A DNA stretch of 29,320 nt from Vicugna vicugna. Its lineage: Eukaryota. The notes below the pieces were generated by a model, which was not told where the DNA came from, made no database searches, and was given only the letters and a program-made list of their open reading frames with translations. Position numbers and translations under genes: made by a program. The stretch spans positions 124,001 through 153,320 of the forward strand of contig MU058788.1 of NCBI GenBank assembly GCA_013265495.1. Direction: 5' to 3'. The stretch's first letter is position 1, and every line of letters begins with the position of its first letter. Positions 10,778-23,059 of this stretch are shown piece by piece.

Positions 10778-12031
10778 TGGGTTTTTAATCTCCCAGGCTT
10801 GTGCTCAGTGAGCCTCCAGCCGTTCATCTGTTACAGCTTAGATCTCGTTTCTCAGCCGTGCTTCCCACAGCGGGCGCGGCTCCGGTTACTTATGATTCCC
10901 TGTATCCGCCTGCTGGTCTCCCCGGTTTGGGGGCGGCGGTCTGCCCTGTGACCCCCCTTCTCTGAGGAGCCGTCGGCTTTTCAGTTACTGAGATGGAGGA
11001 ATGACGTCCAAACGCCATACATGCAGGACTGGACACAGGAAGTTGGATGGTGACGGAGAGTTTGATTACTAGCGTTTCTTACTGGGGTTGGACAGCGTCA
11101 GCCCAGGGGCTCCAGGCGCTCCTGTGTCCCCGCCCTCCACACTGTCCCAGGCGCACTAGACTTGGGACTCTGTGGGTGTGGGTGTGGGTGTGCGCGCGCG
11201 CACCCTAGACATCTCCCTTAGGTCTGCCCCTCCTTTCTGCCCTGACTCCTGGCTGAGTCACGAAGCCCCGCGCCGCAGTTCCTCCCTTCCTGTGTGAGAC
11301 GGCATTACCCACGCAGTGGGGAGCATCTGAATAGAATAGTTAGCTAACAGGCATTTCTTTATTATAATAATAGATTGTGCTTCTACTGTGTGGATTAGTG
11401 AGAGGCTTCCTGTCGGTTGTCTTGTATTAGTGTTCCAGTGGATTTTAAGGCACATGTGGAGAGGAGGGAGAAGCCGTCTTCAAGGAGTGTGTTAGATGTG
11501 ACTGTTAAGACACAACTCTATAGATCAAAATCAATGTGGCATTGACCCTGGCTTTCATATTCTTAACTGTGATGCGGTGGATTTGCTTTCCTTCAAAGAG
11601 ATAGGAAGGTACTGACTTCCCTCTTCGTTGAGGTGTTACTAATAACTTTTGATGAATGCACCATGTCCTTTTATTTTGCCTTTAAAGGACTTAGTCTTCT
11701 TTCTTGGTTGAAATCGTTTTTCTTACTAAACCAACATAAACATGATTTTTTCTTTCTTTTAGAAGCTGTTTTGTTACAGTCAGGAGATATATTTTCCCCA
11801 AGAATGATGGGCATAGCCAGAATGCTGTGGTCCACAAGGAACCACAGGTCCCAGCACTTTCCACTGTGTACGTAGGCTGTTTGGAAGTCAGTGGCTCCCT
11901 ATGTTCTAGGTGTTGGATGTCTGGCTCGTTGTAGACAGACAGGTGGGAGGTGGCGGCACTAAGCCGAATACAGGAGCCCCGGTGTCTTTCATCGTGGCCA
12001 CAGGACCATGGAAGAGCCAGATCTGTGGTAG

Positions 12032-12300
12032 CAGTGATGCTCTCAGGCCATGGCCTCCACTGTTTTTTATCCACACACCCTGTCTAGGAACAGAAGTATT
12101 TGAGTGTAGATGACCCTCCCCCACATATGTTAAAATACTCAGATTACGCACACATCACATACTCATCTATTGATACATTCTGAAGCACGTTTTAAATAAA
12201 GATATGATAAAGCATTAGGAAAAATACTGGAAAACGTCTCCTGTTTCCCTCCTGTGCCCCCAGAATATGGTCCTCTGTGACCCCACTCTGGACACCACTG
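12032..12300. mobile_element. Possible hAT-Charlie/MER-type non-autonomous DNA transposon relic
   Basis: The right end ACCCCACTCTGGACACCACTG resembles a Charlie-type terminal repeat; the left end (CAGTGATG) is weak and no TSD was found. Confidence 0.3.
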
Positions 12301-12589
12301 CTCGTTCGTTGGCCACGGCCACAAAAGCCCAGATGATCACTTTGACTCAGTGTTTTCTCCCAGCCCAGCCTACTTTTGGGGAGAGTCTGAAATCCCGATA
12401 AAGCACTTGAGCCAAGCGGCCGTCACAGACAGGAGGCCCGCGGCCTGGGTGTCTGCTGGAAGCTCAGGCTTCCGTGTTCAGCAGGAAGTTCACGGGCTGG
12501 AGGCGCACGGGCCGAGTTCTACTCAGGGCCTGAGCGAGGCTTTGAAGCTTAGAAGGGCTTCACAAGCAGGAGCAAGACTGGAAGTACGA

Positions 12590-12675
12590 GGGGAGGGACC
12601 AGCTCAGCGGTAGAGCGCATGCTTAGCATGCACGAGGTCCTGAGTTCAATGTCCGGTACCTCCATTAAAAAAAAT
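12590..12675 (+). mobile_element. tRNA-Ala-derived SINE (Vic-1-like), short form
   Basis: AGCTCAGCGGTAGAGCGCATGCTTAGCATGCACGAGGTCCTGAGTTCAA, then CTCCATT and an A tail; degenerate TSD AAGACTGGAAGTACGA / AAAACTGCAAATGTGA. Confidence 0.87.
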
Positions 12676-13384
12676 AAAACTGCAAATGTGAGCACCAGCA
12701 AAGGAATTTCTAAACAACCCAGATCCACAGTGTTGGCCTTTTAGAGACCCATCATTTCTTCACCTGGTTCTTTGGTCGAAACTCCGTCATAAGGAAGGCT
12801 CACGACTGGGGCGAGCGACCTGGTCAGTTTCACCCATGTGGGTTCTGATGACGTCAGTTGAGACCAGCGTGGTGGCTGACTGGCTGTGATGCTGGCGTGG
12901 GGTGGGCGCTCCCTGCGCTCAGGGCTCTCCTGGCGAGTCCTGCCTTCCCCTTCGTCGCTGTGCCTCCTCTGGGTCTGGGTGGCAGCAGCTTACAGGTCAG
13001 ATAGTTCTCAGCCGACTGACCAAAGAAAGGGGGGCGGCTTGCTGTCTTTCCCAGCTGGGCATCTCTGGCGCCTGCCAGGCCAGGTCATGGTCATGCCCGT
13101 GGGGAGAGTCCTGCAATCCCTCCCGGGAGACAGCAGCTCCGTGTTCGGGAGCTGGACACGTTCTAGGGCTCCTGCGTCGGGAACGTTGGGGAGAAGCCGG
13201 CAGATTCTTGAACTCCTGAACGTGTTGGACGGCTCGCCCACAGCCTCTCCCAGTGCCTTTCCCCTTCCTGCAGTCCTGGCAGCATCCGAGCTGGGATCTG
13301 AGAGCTAGCGTTGAGAAGCAGGGGGCTCAAGGATGAAGACAAGGAGCCGGGGTGGGGCTCCGGGCGCAGTGCTGCTCCTGTGAT

Positions 13385-13460
13385 GCAGCCTGAGAGTTTA
13401 CAGTTTCGTTTTCCTCATCTGTAAATCGAAGACACTTTCTAGCTTTGAGATCCTGGATCC
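13385..13460 (+). mobile_element. MIR fragment
   Basis: Contains the MIR core GTTTTCCTCATCTGTAAA. Confidence 0.45.
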
Positions 13461-13945
13461 TGTCGCTCTCACTCCCGCCTTTCTGGTGCATCCTGATGCA
13501 CCAGAGCTTACTGTCTTTTAGAAGGGCCGAGGATTCCTCTTTGAGTTCTGCCAGCCTCACCCCAAATTTCAGGTCCAGCATGGAGGACTTCTGCCCTCAG
13601 ATTCTGTGACCATTGCTCCTCCTGCAGCATGTTTTCCAGCTGGGACCACTGAATTTTTTTTCTCCAATGCCGTTTTTTCAGAGTGTTGTTTCATATGGAG
13701 TATTTATCCATCAATTTTTTGTTTTTTGAAAGTCTGTCTGATGGAGATGAGTTTTATCTTTTTTTCCTGAGTGTCCCTAGGGAAACATCTTCTTAAAAGC
13801 ATGCAATGTGTTTATTGTAGGAAATTTAAGAAATTCAGATAAGCAAAAATAAGAATATGATATACATAATCCTGACACCTCAAAATAAATACTGTCGCTT
13901 GTTAGAAATAGCATGGTGCCCAGACTATGTCGGAAACACAAATAC

Positions 13946-14546
13946 TTTTTTTTAATGGAAGCATAGTCAGTTACTGTGTGTCAGTTTCTGCTGATCAGCA
14001 TGTTTCAGTCATAAATACACATACATGTATTTGTTTTCATACTCTTTTTCATTATAGGTTACTGCAAGGTATTGAATATAGTTCCCTGTGCTCTACAGTA
14101 GAAACTTGTTGCTTATCTACTTTGTATATAGTAGTGTGTATCTGCAAATCTTGAACTCCCCGTTTATCCCTTCCCACCCCCTTTACCCCCGGTAACCATA
14201 AGATTGTTTACCATGTTTGTGAGTCTGTTTCTGTTTTGTAGATGAGTTCATTAGTGTCTTCTTTTTTCTTTTTTAAGATTCCACATATGAGCGATCTCAT
14301 ATGGTATTTTTCTTTCTCTTTCTGACTTCCTTTACTTAGAATGAAGGTCTCCAGGTCCATCGATGTTGCTGCAAATGGCATTTTTTATTCTTTCTTATGG
14401 CTGAGTAGTATTCCATTGTATAAATACACCACAATTTCTTTATCCAGTCATCTGTCGATGGACATTTGGGTTGTTTCCATGTCTTGGCTGTTGTGCTGCT
14501 GTGAGCACTGGGGTGCATGTATATTTTTGAATCGGATTCCCTCTGG
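13946..14546 (-). mobile_element. 5'-truncated L1 3' end (about 600 bp), same family as the 7660 copy
   Basis: Aligns by eye with 7660-8255; ORF2 C-terminal remnant AKTWKQPKCPSTDDWIKKLWCIYTMEYYSAIRKN; approximate TSD AAATACTTT / AAGTACTTT. Confidence 0.88.
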
Positions 14547-15049
14547 AAGTACTTTGTTAAATAAATTGAATAAACATACAATTGACTCTAACATCAAAAA
14601 TAAATAAATAACCACTATTACTCTCGCACTGTGTGTTCCCCCAGACTCGTCTGGGCGTGTATCTGGGCACGATTAACCTTGCGGCTGCGGTGAGCTATGC
14701 CTGCAGCCTCCCGGGTGCCCCGAGCCCAGGCATAGAGGGACTGGACCCCTGGACATAATCTCTGAGTCAGCTCCTGGGCCTTTGGGCCTCTCTGTCCACA
14801 TTATCCCACATTTGAAGTTTGGACTTTTCATGAATTCTTACAAAAAAAAAAAAATCCAGATCACCTAGTAAGTTGGTGACATTGCCAGAAATCTCGTGAA
14901 TTAACTGCGAAGTCTGCCCACACGTGCCCCCCTCGCGGCCACAGCGCCTCGGGGCTCTCCTCAGATCTCTGACTGGGGCCTCCTGCTCCCTCTTCTGCTT
15001 GAGACAACAGCCCCTGAGAGCTGCTCTTATCAAGATTTTTCCAGAAATG

Positions 15050-15432
15050 ACGCCACGCTATTCTTTACCTGTTTCTTCCTAGGATGATACATGAGAAACA
15101 CCTTTTCATGTCCTTAAACATCTCCTACATTTTTAAGTGACAGCAAGGTATCCGTTTCCATAAGCTTGTTGAACTTTTCCTATATTGTAGGACATAGAGT
15201 CTGTTTCTAGCCAATATCTTTATAGGAAGTTTATCAATCTGTGTATGTCCTAATTATTTCCTTGAAATAAATTCCTAAAAGTGAAATTGCAGTGTCACTG
15301 GCAAGACATGCTTTAGAGTTTTTTTTTTTTTTTTTTTTAATGTTAATTGCCAAATTGTCTTCTAGAGGAGGCCTGCTTTCTGGCACCCTAGGCAGCATTA
15401 CAAAACAAACCTTCCATTGTCCTTCCCCCATT
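15050..15432 (-). mobile_element. Very old L1 (L1ME-like) fragment; 13805-13935 may be its 3' portion
   Basis: ATTATTTCCTTGAAATAAATTCCTAAAAGTGAAATTGC...TTGCCAAATTGTCTTCTAGA resembles antisense L1M ORF2 3' sequence. Confidence 0.55.
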
Positions 15433-16224
15433 CCAATGAGTAAGAAAGCAAAACCCAGGACCTAGGTCAGGGCAGTAGCCAGAAGAGGCATGGGGCTGTT
15501 AAAATCAGATTTTTCTGAGCTTTCTTAGTAGAAACATAGGACCCAGAACAATTCAGACAGCGTCCAGTGTGCTCCAAGTTGCCACCCACACCGGCAGTGT
15601 TTCCGTTCTGTCCGGGCACGGGGCTTTCAGAGATGGTCGTGAATTAGAGTGGGTCCGGATGATGGTGCCTCAGATGCGGAGGGGCTGGAAAGAGCGTCCG
15701 ATGACGAAGGAGCATTTAAAATAAGTAGATGGTTTTATAAAGGGCTTAGAAGGGCGAAATGGGGTCACGATGCCCAAATATTTGAAAGGCTGCCATAGAA
15801 AAGAGGCTGAGACAAATTCTTTTCTTCATGTCTGGGAGTCCAGAGGGTGAGAGCTGCGGGGAAGCAGTGTGGTGCGTACGGAAGCCCGGGCCCGCAGTCC
15901 CCGCCGGCTGGCGAGCTCCCCGGCACTGCGGCCGGCCGGCTGTTAGCGGTTTTCATGAAGAGATTTTCACACGTGTGTAGAGAGATCACATGCCTGGTAC
16001 CTTCTGACTCCAGCAGCTTGGGATGTCAGCCTTCAGGAGAGGGACGCATCCTCCATTCGGACCCCATTATGCCAGCAACCAGGATGGGGCTGCAGGGGTC
16101 AGGCAGGGCCGGTGCCCCCCGCCCCCGGGAGGGCATCTGCTGGGGGAGGTGGGACCTGCACTGCGGGGTGGCTTGGTGGCGCCTGGCTACAATTCCACCC
16201 ACTTACAAGTGAGTTGTTGGCCAC

Positions 16225-16418
16225 CGTGGAAGGAACACAGCTTTGGGAAGAGAGAGACCTGCATTTGAGGTGTGGTTCCATCATTTTGCAGTTTGGCCTC
16301 TAAGTCTCAGTTTCCCAGTTTGTGCAACGGGAACAGCCATCATCATACCCATTGTGCAGGGTGGTCGGGCTGGGCTGGGTCCGTGCGGAGCAGCTCCCTG
16401 TGGGCGCCGATTAGCTAT
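16225..16418 (+). mobile_element. MIR (degenerate)
   Basis: GCCTCTAAGTCTCAGTTTCCCAGTTTGTGCAACGGGAACA matches the MIR core. Confidence 0.5.
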
Positions 16419-19400
16419 GCCCTTTCTCGCCTTCTCCTGTTCAAGGATCAGCCTCAATTCTGAGCCAGAGGTTCACTTTGATGCTTTTACTAATATTTGG
16501 GATGAAAACCCATGTACTTTAGCAAACTAAATTTATCATGGCTAGACACTTGCACACATAGAGGATGAATGAGGAGTTTTCTATTGAAAATTAGGAAAAG
16601 AAATATGTATGTGAAGACTTTCTTGGTTTCAAGTCAGGTGTCAGCCTCACAGTGCACATCAGACTGTTTCACAGTAGGTTTTAGTTATTTTGACAGCACA
16701 AATAATTTTAAATAAACTAGGAGTGTTTCCCCTATAACATCTGATTTTCTTCTCATAGTTTCTTCTAACTGGCTGTTAATCACTTCTTTGAATTTTCTGG
16801 GTTTTTTTTTTCTTCATCCTTAAAGATGAATTGTGTAGAATGCCTTATTTCAGGAGACAGTTTTTCTCACGGGTGAACAAAATTTCCTGTCATACCAGAT
16901 ATCCAGTGACAAATAATAAAGTATTATTAACATGTCCTGGTCATTTAATTGGATATATCTGTTTGTAATCCTGGCTTGCCCTGGTCTTCTCTTTCGTAGT
17001 GAAGCATCGTGACCTTTTAGAGCAAGAGCAGGAGGAATTTTTTTTCTTTTAAGGATAGTAAAATTACATTCAACTTGAGATCATCTGAGAGGTTAAAATA
17101 AATCTGAGAGCTTTGTCCTTTGATTTAAAATACATTCTATTTCCCTTCTTGGCTCCTTTCCCAGAAGAGGCTCTCTGTTTCACACAGGCTAGCTTTCAGT
17201 TTGTTTAAGCTGTCCTTCCTGGGGAGGATTTGAGTGAAGATTTGCAGTGTGGCCGCGATGCCAGCTCCGAGTGCAGAAGTCTCCTGCCGCCGCCGGCCGG
17301 GCCGGCACCAGCAGGGCCGCCCCCCTCCTCCCACCCCTGCGGGTGGTGGACCAGGAGGCCATCCTTGGTGGGATCCTAGTCCGCCAGCAGCCCGTCATAT
17401 CTGAGAGGCCTCTAATCTGAAGACCGCGTGTTTCTTAGTGTTTCTATGCTTTGTGGTGTTAATCCTTTGGAATTTCATATTCACGGATTTACAGCATTCC
17501 TTTAAATACGAAGTTTAGTAAAAACAAACATTTTAAGGAAGGGGTGATGATACTTGGAAAGGTAATATTATTTTGAAGTTAATGGAACAAGTCATCCAAA
17601 GGCAAGCAGCAACCTGAATGTAAAAGTGTTTTTTCTGAAAGTGAATTTGAGGATTGGTTATCAGGAGCCCAGAACCAGCCTTCCCGTGGCAGTGAGGTCC
17701 TGAGGGGCAGGCAGGACCCTGTGAGCCGCCCATGCCCTGACCCCGCGGGGCACAGAGCTGGGGCCTCCCCCGCCCCGGCCCGTGCTGCCTGCCGGGTGCC
17801 GTGGACCACACGTGGGTGTGATGGCCAGCTGGTCTCTGCTCGAGGGCCGCTGTGCTGTTCTCCAGTCGGGTTAAGATGGGCGGAAGGGGAAACCCCAGAA
17901 CTCAGCTTGGAAGGGAAAGATAGATGTGACTCAAGGCCTGGTGGGTGGGTTAGTGGGGAGAGAAGAAACTGGATTCCGGGAAGTACCCGACTGCAGAGGC
18001 TTTCTCTGTGGGGGACACACGGGTGATGGAGGAAGAGTATCAGTGGGCAGGTTGCCACGTAAGTCAGAGATGGGAAGAGAAGAAATTGCTGGGCCTGAGC
18101 TGTGTGTCCGAGGGAGCAGCGTGTGGTGACAGCGGGGTGGTCAGTGGACAGGTATGCGTCCTGCAGAGGGGACCAGCAGGCAGGAGTGGCAGGAGTCATC
18201 CTCCTGGTCCCCACCCTAGGACACCTTCCCCACAGGGGTCCGAGCAGGGACTGGCCAGGCCCGTGGTGGTGCAGCAGGGGGATGTCTCGTCCTTCTTTCA
18301 GGTCCTGGCTCTTTTCTCCCAGAGGCAATTACCCGGGACCCGTCTTCTCCCTGCCTGGACGTGGCATGGTGCGGCCGGAGGGTCAGGAAAGGCTGCACTG
18401 TGACCTTCCCAGCTGGTCAGCTGGACTGGACAGCTCCAGGACACAGGTCAGGGTGCTGGACGAGGAAGACCATTGCTTCCTCCTGCCAGTAGCCCGGCCC
18501 TTGCCTGGACTGGCCTCCGCTCCCATCAGAGACCAGGTGGGCAGAAGAGCAGGCCAGAGTGACCGCAGTGCCCTGGGTCCCTGGAATTACAGCAGAACGA
18601 GTGGAGGCGGTGGGTGATGTCCAGGTCGTACGAGGGCTTTGCAGGGGGTTCGCCTTCGTCGTTAAACATCTGCTGGCTCCAGGCTGGGCCCCCAGGGAGC
18701 AGAGAGCAGTGAGCAGCCAGTCCAGGGCCGAGTCGCTGTCCAGGGCCGGGTGGGAGGGAGAGGGAGTCTGACGTCCAGACTGGGAAGGGCCGGAGGATGC
18801 CGTAGGGAGGACATTGAAGGCTGAGCCCAGCAAAGCGATGCCAAGAATGCATCTCAAATTGCTTTAAATGAATGTATCTCTGAGTCCAGACCATGTGCAG
18901 ACAGGGCACAGTGAGGGCCCACAGGGGTCCCCTGTTTCTGGGCCCCCCTGAGCCAGCAGAGCAGGGCAAATGGCAGTTAGAGGTGGGCCACCTCGAGCTC
19001 TGCCCCGGCAGAATTTTGGGTTAAGTTCTGAGGCGGAGGAGTGGCGAGCACCGCGAGGCCCTCTGACAGTAGGTGTGTGGGAAAGCCGTGGTCAGGAGGG
19101 AGCAGTGTGTGGGGAAGAGGGAAGAGGAAGGTCCCAGAGAGAGGCTGCAGCTGGGGACACCAGGGGGGCTTCCTGGAGGAGGTGGCTGCCCTGGGAGGCA
19201 GCTCAGCAGCCAGAAGAACAGAGTAAGTGAATTGAAACGAAACAGCCCTGCCTTCCAGGATTAGGACTTCTCCCCTGTGAGTGCACCCGGCGAGGGCTCT
19301 GGTGGATGGCGAGGGGAGGGAGACGCGGTGTAGTCAGAGTTCACAGGTGGCCTTGGAGGGCTGGGGGACAAGGCCGACCGGAGTGGTGATTCGATCTCTG

Positions 19401-21249
19401 TAATTCGTGCTGACAGGTCAGAGGCGGAGGTGCCGCACTTGGAGCTGCTGTAGCTCCTTACTGAGGGGTCGGGAGGCGGGCGGCCTTCAGAGGGCACTGT
19501 GAGAAATGCCTGCAAACCAATGGAGGGAGGTCTAGGGCCCACTGTCTGGCGCGGAATGGGAACATTCCCCAGGTGTGGGTGTCAGCGGCAGGAGACCCCC
19601 TGTGGGAGCCTCGTGCAGGGCTCGGTTGCTTCCTGGGAGCAGACGGTCAGCAGGCGCAGGTGCAGCCCGGGCTGCGGGCGGTGGGTGGGAGCGGAACCCG
19701 CCGGGAGGCTGGTCCCCGCCTGCCAGGAGCCCCTCCCGAGCCCAGGAGAAACGGTGCAGCAGCCTGGGGGCCCTCGTGCTTCTCGGGGCGGGGGTGGGGG
19801 AGCGAGCTTGGCCTGGAAGGGCGGGGAGGCTGTCCGAGGTCAGGCTTGGCTGGAGTGGGGCCCACATGAGGGCGCAGCAGGTGGGTCCTCTCACCTGGCA
19901 GAATTTTCAGGAAGCACCGCCTTTTTCCAGAACCAGAGGTGTCAACACTCGGGGTCGCACAGTTCCTCCTCCATCTTAGCAGACCGCCCCTAAGACCGGT
20001 CTGTCTGCTGGGAATGGATCTCGTCATAAATATTTTCATAAGCTCGTGTAATAAAGTTCGGTGCCTGTTCTGTTTTCCTCCCATCTTGGTGGTTTTTGCC
20101 TTTTCGTGTCAACTTTTGTATCTCTGGGGTATTTTCCAGCCACTGCTTGTGCTTAGCCAAGTCCATTTTCACTAGATTTTTGGATATTTCTGGAATGTCT
20201 TCACTTCTGATGCTCTTTCTGAAAATTTTAAAGAGGTGATGAAAGTGCGGGATGATTTGTGAATGTCATTCTTTTTTCTTTCGGGAAAAGCAGCAAGTTA
20301 CATACAGTGGATGTCATTAAAGAAAAAAATCGGTCTATTCAGACGCAGTACCTGTTGTTTTGACTGCTTCTCTCCAGCCTCTAACTTGTGCCCGCCCAGT
20401 TCCCAGTTGTGTGCATGCCTGGCTGCGCCCCTTTCGGCCTGGGAGTGGACCGGGCAGGTGTTCCCTCCTTGAACCCTGCTCCGTCTGCTTTCTCCTGCCC
20501 CTGCTGTGGCCCCAGCAAGTCTGTGTAACACAGAAAGAACTGATTCCTAGGATGGTCCCTCCGCCCAGCGTTGTTCACATTGTGGGTTGTGACCCATCAG
20601 TAGAGGGTGGAGCCAGTTTTGTGAGCCACACCCACACAAAACAGTAGCATGTATGTGTTCACAGGTCATAATGCGCGTGCTTTTACATCGTGACATCGGG
20701 CTGTGATGTAAGTTGTACGTCATGGTCAAGCATGTTTGAAAGCCCCGCTGTGCTGTAACAGACTGCCAAGCTTTTAGGAAAGGAAAGCTGTGCGTCGCCT
20801 GTCTCCAGTAAAATGGTGTGTGCCTTGGGAGATTCACTGCCACTGGGCAAGGCAGGGCCCCCCGGAGAGCAGAGGAGGATGTCCAGTCAGAGGGCACGGG
20901 TCCCTGCGGGGTACCTCTGAGTGGGTCGCACCATCTTTGGAGGTTGAAGAACGATGCGTTTCTCTGACACCACTGTGGGCTTCTCCTATGCAGCTCCTCC
21001 TGGTTACAGCAGGGTCCACAAGTACTTCTCGGGCTGTCTTAGCAGGGAAAACATGTTTCCAAAACCACGTGCCGGAAACATTTTCTCTGAGATGGAGGAG
21101 AACGCAGGCACGTGGCTGGCTCCTGTCACCAGACATTCACGGGGCGGGGGTCGGTGGGGGCCAGACCTCTGTGACCCTGAGCATCATTTCCCCGGCAAGC
21201 AGCTGTGATGAGATGTGGGTTTTGACCCGGCAGAACCATCGTAACAAGA

Positions 21250-21350
21250 AGAGGATGGGCTTTTAGATAGAAAATGTACGCTCCCGCTCCATGGCCTCAG
21301 ACAAATCACACGGAGCTGAATCTCAGTTTCTCATCTCTGAAACAGAGGCA
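21250..21350 (+). mobile_element. MIR fragment
   Basis: CTGAATCTCAGTTTCTCATCTCTGAAACAGAGG matches the MIR core. Confidence 0.45.
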
Positions 21351-21559
21351 GGAACGCGGCAACGTTCTTTCAATTGTGTACGAAGGAACCTGTGTTTGGA
21401 AAGCACGTTTGTAGGTCCACACACCAGTGTCATTTCTCATTATTGATCTTGGACCAAACAACCCAGCATTTGAGGTGTTGCTGAAGAGACCTTGCCCTGC
21501 CTCCCGGAAGCCCCCCACACCTGCAGTGGGGAGTCCGTTTGCCTCCCCGACCAGCGCTT

Positions 21560-21772
21560 CCTGGCTGGTTCCGAAACAGACAACTTGCTCCCACCCCAGG
21601 GCCTTTGCACTGGCTGCTCTTCCCTCCCTCGGTTCCGGTGCCTCCTGGTCAGACCAGCCATTATAGAACGGCGGCCCCAGAAGTGCCTGCGCTTCCTCTC
21701 CTATTTCTTCACAGCACTTGTGACCACTTAGAATCTTACCATTTCATGGGGGCAGGGTGGCTGTTACTGTCC
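21560..21772 (+). mobile_element. L2 LINE fragment
   Basis: CCCAGGGCCTTTGCACTGGCTGCTC and TATTTCTTCACAGCACTT are typical L2 3'-region motifs. Confidence 0.5.
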
Positions 21773-22765
21773 CCCCCCCCTTTTTTTTAATTTGGTTTGA
21801 GTTTGCTACATCTCCCAAACTGGCACTTCAAATCCTCGTGAAAAACCTTTTTTTCATTTTATGTATTTCTTTATTTTTAGGAAACTTAAATTCAAAGAAT
21901 GAAAACCTTGCCCACGATCATATAGGTAGCAAGTGGTAAAAGTGATTTAAGCCCGAGGCGGACAGTGAGTCCTGACTCCCTTTTGTCTCTAGTCCGTCTG
22001 TCCTTCCACCTGTCTCCCTCTGAGCATCGATGCCTTTGCTCAGTTCTCTGGCTCTGCCGTCTTACTCCCAGGCTTGTCCATGCTTGCCCCTCACCCCGGA
22101 CTCTGGCACTAACTCCCAGGCCACTGTGTGTCCTCGCAGAACCTCGTGCTGGGCATTCTAGAGCCACAACGGCTGAGCTGCTCAGCTGAGCCGAGGCTGA
22201 TGTGTGTGTGGACCGGCCAGGCCACTCCCCTCCATTCCCTCCTGATGGCAGCGTGCGTGTGGCAGGCTGTGCATGTCCTCGTGTGTGTGCGCCAGACTGT
22301 GAGTGTGCGAAGCTGCCTGTGTGCCTGGGGGCGTGTGCCAGGCGGCTAGAGCGCAGCCAGGCAGGCCCTCGCTTGCCTCCTCGCAGGGTCAGGGCGGCAG
22401 TGGCCGCAGGGAGTGTCTCTGCCGAGGTCTCCCCGGGGTGTAGTCATACCCTGCCCTTTACGGGTGTTGTTTGTTTGTTTGTTTAAACACGTACTTTGTT
22501 TTGCTGTCACATGTTGGGATAGCTTGCTTTTCATTTGCGCAGGGCTGTTTGTCCCCATGTCTGAGATGCTTTTGGCATCGCCGTGCTCCCTGGAAAGGAG
22601 GGCACGCAGATGGCGTCTCCCCTTAGACGAGGTGTGCGTGGAGCCATGCTCGTGGGAACTTTGATGGGCGTAGGGTTTTGTTCACTGGACAGATGCTCGC
22701 AGTCCAAGCCTTTAACTTTCACATTGCGAACGACTGCCGTTCAGTGGTCCAGCGTTTGGGGGTGA

Positions 22766-23059
<294 letters not shown>

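Larger units (their letters stand above)
3521..11043 (-). mobile_element. Near-full-length decayed ancient LINE-1 (L1MC1-like 3' end), antisense, interrupted by younger insertions
   Basis: Poly-T at 3521, then an L1MC-type 3' UTR (TTTTAGGTTCTCAGCAAAACTGAGCAGAAAG). ORF2 remnants on the minus strand: RT-region TANIILNGE near 5770-5795; endonuclease IDNILGHK..LSDHSG and IMIKGSI..ILNVYAP at 7009-7628; ORF2 N-terminus [16 protein letters not shown] near 8695-8745. ORF1-like FKTTTINMLKALMTKVDNM near 9970-10030. The 5'-end-like sequence ends near GGAAGT at 11043. Subfamily and 5' boundary are from memory and approximate. Confidence 0.85.

Noticed and set aside
17533..20084. Dense overlapping ORFs up to 249 aa on both strands
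   Set aside because: Stop-poor GC-rich intron; low-complexity P/G/R/S/L translations with no recognisable domain or consistent frame.
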